In this document: in pieces, positions 9,140 through 17,157 of the stretch
Position numbering within the stretch: the first letter of the stretch is position 1
How the letters are laid out: each line of letters opens with the position of its first letter
Assembly (NCBI GenBank): GCA_035550895.1
Contig: DASZOG010000163.1
Location: 1-54,327 of the forward strand
Reading direction: 5' to 3'
DNA: 54,327 bases
Source of the DNA: Acidimicrobiales bacterium
Lineage (GTDB): Bacteria > Actinomycetota > Acidimicrobiia > Acidimicrobiales > Ilumatobacteraceae
Made by a program: the position numbers and the translations under genes
Notes under the pieces: model-generated
Seen by the model: the letters and a program-made list of their open reading frames with translations, nothing else
Told to the model about the DNA's origin: nothing
Databases searched by the model: none

Positions 9140-10627
9140 ATGACGCTTGTCCAGCGCGTCCTGCCCCAGGCGCCGATCCCTGATCTCCGGCGATACGAGG
9201 ACGAAGGCGGTGGACTCGGTCTCGGCGCGGCGGCGCAGATGACGTCCGCGGAGCTGATCTCCCTCGTCGAGGCGTCAGGGCTGCGCGGCCGCGGCGGGGC
9301 CGGGTTCCCGACCGGCCGCAAGTGGCGCACCGTCGCGGCGATGGCCTCGCCGGTGCTGTCCACGACCGTCGTCGTCAACGGCGCGGAGGGCGAGCCCGGC
9401 ACGTTCAAGGACCGCGCGATCCTGCGCGCCGCTCCGCACCGGGTCGTCGAAGGCGCGCTGATCGCGGCGCGCGCCGTCGGCGCGAACAGCGCCGTCATCG
9501 CGGTGAAGGAGTCGTTCACCACAGAGCGGCAGCGCCTGGAGGCCGCGGCCGCGGAGATGGAACGCGCCGGCTGGTTCGGTGATCTGACCGTGTCGGTCTT
9601 CGCCGGCCCGGACGAGTACCTCTACGGCGAGGAGACCGGGCTGCTCGAGGCGGTCGCCGGCCGCCCGCCGTTCCCCCGTATCGCGCCGCCGTGGCGGCGG
9701 GGCGCGGTCGAGGTCGTCGCCACAGACGACGACGTCGACTCGGAGAGCGGGCTGGCCGCACCCGTCGAGATGGCCGGCACGACCGATGCCCCACCGGCGC
9801 TGGTGAACAACGTGGAGACGCTGGCGAACGTGCCCGGGATCGTGGCCAACGGGGCCGACTGGTTCCGCAGCCTCGGCACGCCGGAGTCGCCGGGAACGGT
9901 GGTGTGCACGGTGTCCGGTGCCACGGTCCGGGCGGGTGTCGGCGAGGTCGCTCTGGGCACGCCGCTGCGCGAGGTGATCATGGCTGTCGGCGGCGGGCTG
10001 GCCGATGGTCGCTCCGTCGGTGCGATCCTGCTCGGCGTCTCGGGCGCCGTGCTGCACGCTGACCAACTCGACGTAGAGCTGTCCTACGAGGCGATGGCGG
10101 CCGCCGGCAGCGGCCTCGGCTCGGCGGGCTTCATCGTGCTCGACGACACGGTCGACCTGACGACCGTCGCCGCGGGCGTGGCCCGGTTCCTGGCGATCGA
10201 GTCCTGCGGGCAGTGCACGCCGTGCAAGCAGGACGGGCTGGCGATCGCCGGTGCGCTCGCCGACCTGTGCGCCGGCCGCGCCACGGGATCCGCGGCGCAA
10301 CTCGTCACGGACCGGCTGCGGACGATCACCGACGGCGCCCGCTGCGCGCTGGCGACACAGCAGCAGGTCGTCGTGGGCAGCCTCCTCCGGCTCGATCCGC
10401 AGCTGCTCCGCGTCCGGCACGGAGCACCGGACGGCGTCGCGCGCGTCGAACCGTCGCTGGCGCCGATGCTCATCGCCGAGCTGCTCGACATCGAGGACGG
10501 CGCGGCGATCGTCGACGCCCGCTTCGCCGGCAAGCAGCCGGACTGGACGTTCGACCCGGAGGACTCCGGCCAGTCGCCGGTGGAACGGCTCACCGATCGC
10601 CGCGCCGCGGAATCGATCGAAGGCTGA
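9140..10627 (+). CDS. orphan NuoF-like NAD(H)/FMN-binding 4Fe-4S protein (complex I 51-kDa subunit family)
   Basis: ORF 8927..10627 trimmed to ATG 9140. Motifs: GLRGRGGAGFPTGRKW, GPDEYLYGEETGLLEAVAG and the Fe-S motif ESCGQCTPCKQD...DGARCA. There is a ~100-aa C-terminal extension. No NuoE/NuoG partners are in the window. Confidence 0.85.
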   Translation: MTLVQRVLPQAPIPDLRRYEDEGGGLGLGAAAQMTSAELISLVEASGLRGRGGAGFPTGRKWRTVAAMASPVLSTTVVVNGAEGEPGTFKDRAILRAAPHRVVEGALIAARAVGANSAVIAVKESFTTERQRLEAAAAEMERAGWFGDLTVSVFAGPDEYLYGEETGLLEAVAGRPPFPRIAPPWRRGAVEVVATDDDVDSESGLAAPVEMAGTTDAPPALVNNVETLANVPGIVANGADWFRSLGTPESPGTVVCTVSGATVRAGVGEVALGTPLREVIMAVGGGLADGRSVGAILLGVSGAVLHADQLDVELSYEAMAAAGSGLGSAGFIVLDDTVDLTTVAAGVARFLAIESCGQCTPCKQDGLAIAGALADLCAGRATGSAAQLVTDRLRTITDGARCALATQQQVVVGSLLRLDPQLLRVRHGAPDGVARVEPSLAPMLIAELLDIEDGAAIVDARFAGKQPDWTFDPEDSGQSPVERLTDRRAAESIEG

Positions 10628-11183
10628 TCCCTGCGGCGCGGGCCGCGCTGGCGTACGCGGCGGCGAGCGAGTCGAGCGTCTCGTGGGCGTTCAACCCGCT
10701 CGGATTCGGCAACACCCAGAGCTCGGCGTCCTCCAGCTGCTCCGGCTGGCGGCCAGGGGTCCCGCCGCGCACGCCGAACGCGGCGCGGTAGGCGGTGAGC
10801 CCGAGCACGGCGACGACACGTGGCCGGACGCGGCGGACCGTCGCCCGCAACCGGTCGGCGCCGGCGCGCAGCTGGTCCACGCTGAGCTCGTCCGCCCGGG
10901 CCGTGGCGGAGTTGACGAGGTTCGTGATCGCCACCCCGCGGACCTGCAGATGGACGACGTCGTCCACGGACAGGCCAGCGGAGGCATCGATCGGGCGCTC
11001 GACGATCCCGGCACGGTGGAGCGCCGGCCAGAACCGGTTGCCGGGGCGGGCGAAGTGGGCGTTCACCGCCGCGGTCCACAGGCTCGGGTTGATGCCGACG
11101 AACAACAGCCGCGGCGCCGGTCCGATCAGGTCGTCGACCGGGCGCCCGCGGAAGCGCTCCAGGTCGGCCCGCGTGAACCCCAC
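10590..11183 (-). CDS. mug: G/U mismatch-specific (TDG/Mug family) DNA glycosylase
   Basis: C-terminal part of track ORF 10590..13184. LLFVGINPSLWTAAVNAHFARPGNRFW and WVLPNPSGLNAHE parallel E. coli Mug (VVFCGINPG..., WVLPNPSGL). GTG start at 11181-11183; an alternative GTG lies ~36 nt upstream. The 3' end overlaps the NuoF-like gene by 38 nt. Confidence 0.85.
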   Translation of the reverse strand: MGFTRADLERFRGRPVDDLIGPAPRLLFVGINPSLWTAAVNAHFARPGNRFWPALHRAGIVERPIDASAGLSVDDVVHLQVRGVAITNLVNSATARADELSVDQLRAGADRLRATVRRVRPRVVAVLGLTAYRAAFGVRGGTPGRQPEQLEDAELWVLPNPSGLNAHETLDSLAAAYASAARAAGISLRSIPRRGDR

Positions 11184-11297
11184 GTCCGAAGCGTCGCAGA
11201 CGGAACCACGTCCCACCTCTGTCGGAGGATGGGCGTCGCGTTCGATGATGGAACGCGAGGCACGAACACGCGTGCCAAGCGTCGAGAGGAGCACCCG

Positions 11298-11732
11298 ATG
11301 GCCGTCCAACCGATCCCCACGGGCTACAACACCGTGATCCCGTACCTCATCGCCGAGGGCGCCGGGAAGCTGATCGACTTCCTCGTCCAGGGCTTCGGCG
11401 CCCGGGAGCTGAACCGGATGTCGATGCCGGACGGGTCCGTCGGCCATGCCGAGCTGCAGCTCGGCGACTCGATGATCATGGTCGGGGACGCCGGCGGCGA
11501 GTGGCCGCCGACCCGGGCCTCGCTGCACCTCTACGTCGCGGACGTGGACGCCGTGTACCAGGCGGCGCTCGCCGCCGGCGGCACGTCGAAGGCCGAGCCG
11601 GAGCTGCAGTTCTACGGCGATCGCCGGGCGATGGTGGTCGACCCGGCGGGCAACGACTGGTCGATCGCCACCCATGTCGAGGACGTCTCCGAGGAGGAGA
11701 TGGAGCGCCGCCTGGCCGCCCAGCAGAGCTGA
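11298..11732 (+). CDS. VOC/glyoxalase-family protein (PhnB-like)
   Basis: ATG 11298 is preceded by GAGAGGAG. IPYLIAEGAGKLIDFLVQGFGARE...DGSVGHAELQLGDSMIMVGD and FYGDRRAMVVDPAGNDWSIATH. Confidence 0.85.
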   Translation: MAVQPIPTGYNTVIPYLIAEGAGKLIDFLVQGFGARELNRMSMPDGSVGHAELQLGDSMIMVGDAGGEWPPTRASLHLYVADVDAVYQAALAAGGTSKAEPELQFYGDRRAMVVDPAGNDWSIATHVEDVSEEEMERRLAAQQS

Positions 11733-11746
11733 ACGAGCGCGCCACA

Positions 11747-11779
11747 GCGGGGGCCGGCCCGTGAAGGTCCGGCCCCCGC
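11747..11779. terminator. bidirectional terminator hairpin between convergent genes
   Basis: GCGGGGGCCGG (11747-11757) and CCGGCCCCCGC (11769-11779) form a perfect 11-bp stem with an 11-nt loop. Confidence 0.6.
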
Positions 11780-11791
11780 CATGGCGTGGCG

Positions 11792-14332
11792 CTACTCCGC
11801 GGCGATCGCCTGCAACACGTCCGCTCGCGCTGCCCGGCGGGCGGGCCCGGTCGCCGCCACGACACCGGCCATGCCGGCGAGGACCCCGATCGTCACCAGC
11901 GGGGCGGCGGGAACGATCATCGTCCCGATGCCCTCCTCCTGCAGGGCGTGCACGATGCCCCACGCCCCGAGGACTGCCACGATGCCGCCGAGCACGGTGC
12001 CGAGCAGGGAGATCATCACGGCCTCCCACCGCACGGACGTGCGGACCTGGCGGCGGCTCATGCCGATCGCCCGGAGCAGGCCCAGCTCGCGCCGGCGCTC
12101 GTGGACGGACAGCGCCAGCGTGTTGGCGATGCCGATCAGGGCGATCACGACCGCCAGTGCCAGCAATCCGTAGATCAGGTTGAGCAGCTGGTCGATCTCG
12201 GCCGTGATGCTCTCCTTGAACGAGGCCTGGTCCTGCAGCTCGGCGTTCGGCCATGCGCCCAGAGCCGCCTCGAGCGCGGCATTCGCAGTCGCCGCGTCGA
12301 CGGTGTCGACGGTGTCGACGAACACCCACCGGTCGTACTGATCGGTGACGTTCGTCTCGAACGTGCCGAGGTCCACGATCCAGTCGCTGTCGACGAGGCG
12401 CTCGTCGAAGATCGCGTCGACCGTCAGGTCGACGTCGCCGGTGCGGGCGAACGTCATCGTCACCGTGTCCCCGACTGCCAGTCCGAGGTCCTCGGCCTCG
12501 TCGCGGCGGACGGCGATGCCGCCGTCGTGGACATCGGTGATCGCGCCGGACGACACGTCGAGGTCGAAGTGCCGGTCGATGGCGGTCGTGTCGAGCGCGA
12601 GGAGGGTCGTCGAGCCGCCGTCGACGCCGACCGGGGTCGACCGCAACGGTGCGACCGAGGCCACCTCGGGCAGCGCCCGCAGCTCCTCCGCCAGCGCCGG
12701 GCTGAAGCCGCCTTCCTCCCAGGCGCCGGAGTCGACGACGAAGTCGCCGCGGAACGAGCGGTCCACCGCGTCGGCGATCGACGCCTTCGTCGAGCTGGCG
12801 AGGATCGTGATGAACCCGACCAGACCGACGCCGACCATCAACGCCGACGCCGTGGCGGCGGTGCGCTTCGGGTTGCGGCGGGCGTTCTCCCGTGCCAGGC
12901 GCCCGGCCGTGCCGGAGATGCGGCGCGCAGGGAATCCGAGGATGCGGATCACGGGACGGGCGACGACCGGACCGAGCACGAACAGCCCGAGGATCGCGGT
13001 CAGCGCGCCGAGGCCGAGCAGTTGCACCGCCTCGGTGCCACTGGCCACGGTGCCGGCAGCGAACGTGACGCCGCCTGCTGCCGTCAGGCCGACCCCGACG
13101 AGCACCCGCCGCACGGACGTCGTCGTCCGCTCCACGGCCGAGTCGCGCAACGCCGCCATCGGCGCGACGCGGCTCGCCCGCCACGCGGGCGCGATCGCCG
13201 AGACGAGCGTCACGGCGAGACCGACGACGAGCGAGGTGACGATCGTCGCGGTCGAGACGACCATGCCGCCGCCGGGGATGTCGAGGCCGACCCCGCCGAG
13301 CAGTGCCTTCAGCGCGAACGACATGGCGACGCCCAGCCCGAGGCCGACGGCCGCGGCGACGACGCCGACACCGATCGCCTCACCGATCACCGAGCGGAGC
13401 ACCTGGCGCCGGCTGGCGCCGATCGCCCGCAGCATGGCCAGGTCCTTCGCCCGCTGGGCGAGGACGATGGAGAAGGTGTTGTAGATGATGAACATCCCGA
13501 CGAACAGTGCGATGTAGGCGAACGTCATCAGGAACGCGTTGAAGAACTGCAGGTCTTCCTTCATCTGCGCCTGCTTGTCGGCGGTGTCCTGCGCGCCGGT
13601 GAGCACCTCGTAGCCACCGCCGTGGAGTGACGTGCCGATCCGCTCCGCCAGCGTGTCGCTGGCGATGCCCGGCGCAGCGGTGACGACGACGCTGTCGTAC
13701 GCGCCTGGCTCGCCGAACATCTCCTGCGCGGTTGCGTCCTCGACCGCCACCAGGCTCGCTCCTGGAAGACCGTCGACGTCGCCGTACCTGGCTGTGCCGA
13801 CGAGGGAGAAGTCGCGGGGTCCGCTCTTGCCGAGCACTGTGACCGTGTCACCGATGACCCAGCCCTGGTCGGCTGCTGTCGCGGCGTCCACGACGACCTC
13901 TCTCGTGCCAATCGGGGCACGGCCGGAGGCGAGCTGCAACGGGCTCAATCCCTCGGGCAGCCAGTTCGTGCCGATCGTGGCGCCGAAGCCCTCGACGGCG
14001 CCCACCTCTCCATCCGCCAGCACGAGCTGGGAGAAGCCCTGCACCGATCCGGCGGCCGCGGACACGCCGGACACGCCGCGGATGTCGTCGACGACGGCCG
14101 CCGGGACGCGTTCGCGCGCCTCGGTGAACTCACCGTCGACAGCCACCGGCTGTTGCACGACGACGTCGATGCCGTCGTTGGCGGTCGTGAACAAGCCGTC
14201 GAACGTGCGCGACATCGTGTCGGTGAGCACTCTCGTACCGGCCATGAACGCCACGCCGAGCACGACGGCGAGCCCGGTGAGCGCGAAGCGCAGCTTGTGG
14301 GCCCACAGGCCCTTCAGCGTGAGACGGAACAT
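11792..14332 (-). CDS. ABC transporter permease, FtsX/MacB-type with two FtsX domains
   Basis: 846-aa ORF. N-terminus: MFRLTLKGLWAHKLRFALTGLAVVLGVAFMAG. Two large extracytoplasmic domains and two LRAIG(A/M)SRRQV FtsX motifs. Confidence 0.9.
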   Translation of the reverse strand: MFRLTLKGLWAHKLRFALTGLAVVLGVAFMAGTRVLTDTMSRTFDGLFTTANDGIDVVVQQPVAVDGEFTEARERVPAAVVDDIRGVSGVSAAAGSVQGFSQLVLADGEVGAVEGFGATIGTNWLPEGLSPLQLASGRAPIGTREVVVDAATAADQGWVIGDTVTVLGKSGPRDFSLVGTARYGDVDGLPGASLVAVEDATAQEMFGEPGAYDSVVVTAAPGIASDTLAERIGTSLHGGGYEVLTGAQDTADKQAQMKEDLQFFNAFLMTFAYIALFVGMFIIYNTFSIVLAQRAKDLAMLRAIGASRRQVLRSVIGEAIGVGVVAAAVGLGLGVAMSFALKALLGGVGLDIPGGGMVVSTATIVTSLVVGLAVTLVSAIAPAWRASRVAPMAALRDSAVERTTTSVRRVLVGVGLTAAGGVTFAAGTVASGTEAVQLLGLGALTAILGLFVLGPVVARPVIRILGFPARRISGTAGRLARENARRNPKRTAATASALMVGVGLVGFITILASSTKASIADAVDRSFRGDFVVDSGAWEEGGFSPALAEELRALPEVASVAPLRSTPVGVDGGSTTLLALDTTAIDRHFDLDVSSGAITDVHDGGIAVRRDEAEDLGLAVGDTVTMTFARTGDVDLTVDAIFDERLVDSDWIVDLGTFETNVTDQYDRWVFVDTVDTVDAATANAALEAALGAWPNAELQDQASFKESITAEIDQLLNLIYGLLALAVVIALIGIANTLALSVHERRRELGLLRAIGMSRRQVRTSVRWEAVMISLLGTVLGGIVAVLGAWGIVHALQEEGIGTMIVPAAPLVTIGVLAGMAGVVAATGPARRAARADVLQAIAAE

Positions 14333-14337
14333 CGCCG

Positions 14338-15117
14338 CTACCTCCCGAGGTGCTTCATGTGATCGAGAACCGACTCCGCGGACGGAGCGTGGATCTCGTC
14401 CACGATCCGGCCGTCGGCAAGCAGGACGACCCGGTCGGAGTAGCTCGCCGCGACCGGATCGTGGGTGACCATGACGACGGTCTGGCCGAGCTCGCGCACC
14501 GCCATCCGCAGGAACGACAGGATCTCGGCCCCGGTACGGCTGTCGAGGTTGCCGGTCGGCTCGTCGGCGAACACGATCGCCGGCCGCCCGGCGAGTGCGC
14601 GGGCGACGGCGACACGCTGCTGCTGGCCACCGGAGAGCTCGCTCGGGCGGTGGTTCAACCGGGTGCCGAGCCCGACGGTGTCGATCACCTGCCGGAGCCA
14701 GGCCTTGTCCGGTTTGCGCCCGGCGAGCGCCATCGGCAGGGTGATGTTCTCCCGCGCGGTCAGCGTGGGGACGAGGTTGAACGCCTGGAAGACGAATCCG
14801 ATGCGGTCCCTCCGCAGGCGCGTCAGGTGCTTGTCGGAGAGGGTGGTCAGATCGGTGTCCCCGACGAACACCCGCCCGCTGGTCAGCTGGTCGAGACCGG
14901 CGACGGCGTGGAGCAACGTGGACTTCCCGGAGCCCGAAGGGCCCATGATCGCGGTGAACCGGCCGCGGCCGAAGTCGACGGTGATGCCGTCGAGGGCGTG
15001 GACCGCGCTGTCGCCCCGGCCGTAGATCTTCACCGCGTCGACCGCGCGGGCAGCTGGCGCGGCGGTCACGGTCGGGGCGGGCAAGCGCGTGGCCAGGGGA
15101 TCGGTGAGCATCGTCAT
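14338..15117 (-). CDS. ABC transporter ATP-binding protein (MacB/LolD-like)
   Basis: Trimmed to Met22. Walker A: GPSGSGKST. Signature: LSGGQQQRVAVARAL. Walker B: IVFADEPTGNLD. The stop lies 5 nt before the permease ATG, with GGGAGG between them. Confidence 0.9.
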   Translation of the reverse strand: MTMLTDPLATRLPAPTVTAAPAARAVDAVKIYGRGDSAVHALDGITVDFGRGRFTAIMGPSGSGKSTLLHAVAGLDQLTSGRVFVGDTDLTTLSDKHLTRLRRDRIGFVFQAFNLVPTLTARENITLPMALAGRKPDKAWLRQVIDTVGLGTRLNHRPSELSGGQQQRVAVARALAGRPAIVFADEPTGNLDSRTGAEILSFLRMAVRELGQTVVMVTHDPVAASYSDRVVLLADGRIVDEIHAPSAESVLDHMKHLGR

Positions 15118-15200
15118 GCTCTGCAGCGTGCGCCTCGGGGGGACGACGATCGTCGGCCCAGCGACGGTTCCTCGGTGCACCTCCGGACGTAAGCCTGCGG

Positions 15201-16442
15201 ATGTACGCGGACGTCGGCCTGCGGGCCGATGCGCCCGCCGGAGATGCTCGCTACCGTCCAGGCGTGACGTCGCGGACGATCGCCGGTCGTCTCACGCGCC
15301 GGGGCGTGAGTCTGCTCGATCTGGCGATCGCCGCCGGAGCGGTGTTCATCGGGGTCGGCGCCCTGCTCACCGCCGAGGACGATCCGGCGTACCGCGACCC
15401 GGACATCCTCGCCGTCGCTCTCGCCGTGGCGACCACCGTCCCCCTCGTGTGGCGCCGGCGCGCCCCACTGCCTGCGCTCGTCGTGTCCACCGCCGCCGTC
15501 ACCTTGATCTGCTTGCGCGAGTACCCCGTTGATCCGCTCCCGATCGCCGTGCTCTTCCTGACCTACGGCGTCGCTGCGTACGCATCGTTGCGCCGCGCCC
15601 AGATCGGCCTGGCGATCGTCGTGGTAGCGCTGCTCGTGATCTGGGCGTCCGATCCGCCCGACTTCGGAGCGGCCGGCCTGAGTCTCAACCTCGCGCTGTT
15701 CATCGCGACGTGGCTCGCCGGCCTGGCGATGCGCTCCCGGGCCGCCGCAGCCGCCGCTCGGCTGGCAGAAGCGGAGGAGCGCGCCGAGGCCCACCGCCAG
15801 CAGGCGGCGCGCTCGGTGGCGGAGGAACGCCTGCGCATCGCGCAGGACCTGCACGACGTCGTCGCCCACTCGATGTCGGTCATCGCCGTCCAGGCCGGCA
15901 TGGGCGCGCACGTGATCGACCGTCAACCGGCGGAGGCGAAGCAGGCGCTGGAGTCCATCTCGCGGACGTCGCGCGCCACGTTGCACGAGATGCGCCACCT
16001 GCTCGGCGTCCTGCGCGGTGACGACGGCCAGCGGGCCCACGTCCCCGCGCCAGGGCTCGGCGACCTGCCGGCGCTGGTGGAGCAGGTCCGCTCGGCGGGC
16101 GTGCCGGTCGAGCTGCAGGTCGACGGGCAGCCGGCCGGTGTGCCGCTCGGCGTGGACCTCTCTGCGTACCGCGTCGTCCAGGAAGGCCTGACGAACGTGA
16201 TCAAACATGCCGGAGCGGCGACCGCGGCGGTCCACGTGCGCTACGCCCCGGGAGAGATCGTCGTCGAGGTCTCGGACGACGGGCGCGGCGCGGGCGCGAC
16301 CGCGCGAGACAACGGCGGCGGCCACGGGCTCGCCGGGATGCGCGAGCGCGTCGCGGTGTGGGGCGGCACACTGCACGCCGGCCCGGTGGCGGGCGGCGGT
16401 TACCGCGTGCTCGCCCACCTCCCGTACGGGGAGCCGTCGTGA
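15201..16442 (+). CDS. sensor histidine kinase, HisKA_3 (NarL-partner) type
   Basis: Multiple N-terminal TM helices. H-box: ERLRIAQDLHDVVAHSMSVI. HATPase: VSDDGRG...GHGLAGMRERV. The start is uncertain (15201, or GTG 15264). Confidence 0.88.
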   Translation: MYADVGLRADAPAGDARYRPGVTSRTIAGRLTRRGVSLLDLAIAAGAVFIGVGALLTAEDDPAYRDPDILAVALAVATTVPLVWRRRAPLPALVVSTAAVTLICLREYPVDPLPIAVLFLTYGVAAYASLRRAQIGLAIVVVALLVIWASDPPDFGAAGLSLNLALFIATWLAGLAMRSRAAAAAARLAEAEERAEAHRQQAARSVAEERLRIAQDLHDVVAHSMSVIAVQAGMGAHVIDRQPAEAKQALESISRTSRATLHEMRHLLGVLRGDDGQRAHVPAPGLGDLPALVEQVRSAGVPVELQVDGQPAGVPLGVDLSAYRVVQEGLTNVIKHAGAATAAVHVRYAPGEIVVEVSDDGRGAGATARDNGGGHGLAGMRERVAVWGGTLHAGPVAGGGYRVLAHLPYGEPS

Positions 16443-17104
16443 CGCGCGTCGTCATCGCCGACGACCAGGCGCTGGTGCGCACCGGCTTTTCGGTGATCGT
16501 CGATTCGGCGCCCGACCTCGAGGTCGTCGGCCAAGCGAGCGACGGCGCCGAGGCCGTGGAGGTCGTGCGGACGACCACACCCGACGTGGTGCTGATGGAC
16601 ATCCGGATGCCGGTGATGGACGGCCTCGAGGCGACGAGGCGGATCACCGGCGACCGGGCCACCGCCGCGTCACGCGTCGTGATCCTCACGACGTTCGACC
16701 TCGACGAGTACGTGTACGACGCGCTGCGGGCCGGCGCGAGCGGGTTCCTCCTGAAGGACACGTTGCCGGAGGATCTCCTCGCGGCGATCCGCGTCGTCGG
16801 CGCCGGGGATGCGCTGATCGCCCCGGCGATCACCCGCCGGCTGATCGAGGAGTTCGCGCACCGTCCCGAGCCGAGCGAGGCGTCGCGCAAGCCGATCGCC
16901 GAGCTGACCGATCGTGAGCTCGAGGTGCTCGGGATGGTCGCCCGCGGATTGTCGAACAGCGAGTTGGCGGCGGAGCTGTTCATGAGCCCGGCCACCGCCA
17001 AGACACACGTCAGCCGCCTGCTGACCAAGCTGCACGCCCGCGATCGCGCGCAGCTGGTGATGATCGCCTACGAGACCGGCATCGCCGTACCGCGCCGCTC
17101 GTGA
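16439..17104 (+). CDS. response regulator, NarL/LuxR family
   Basis: GTG 16439 overlaps the kinase stop (GTGA). Receiver: VVIADDQALVR...DVVLMDIRMPVMDG. LuxR HTH: LTDRELEVLGMVARGLSNSELAAELFMSPATAKTHVSRLLTKL. Confidence 0.92.
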   Translation: MTRVVIADDQALVRTGFSVIVDSAPDLEVVGQASDGAEAVEVVRTTTPDVVLMDIRMPVMDGLEATRRITGDRATAASRVVILTTFDLDEYVYDALRAGASGFLLKDTLPEDLLAAIRVVGAGDALIAPAITRRLIEEFAHRPEPSEASRKPIAELTDRELEVLGMVARGLSNSELAAELFMSPATAKTHVSRLLTKLHARDRAQLVMIAYETGIAVPRRS

Positions 17105-17157
17105 CGGCGCCCGCGCCTCGCACATGAGGTCGGGCGCGGCGGCGTACCATCGGCCGG

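Noticed and set aside
8179-9522. N-terminal 448 aa of the 1543-aa minus-strand ORF 4891..9522
   Set aside because: This part is antisense to the sigma, anti-sigma and NuoF-like genes and is low-complexity. A GTG with a strong GGAGG at 8178 marks the start of the recognisable ATPase.
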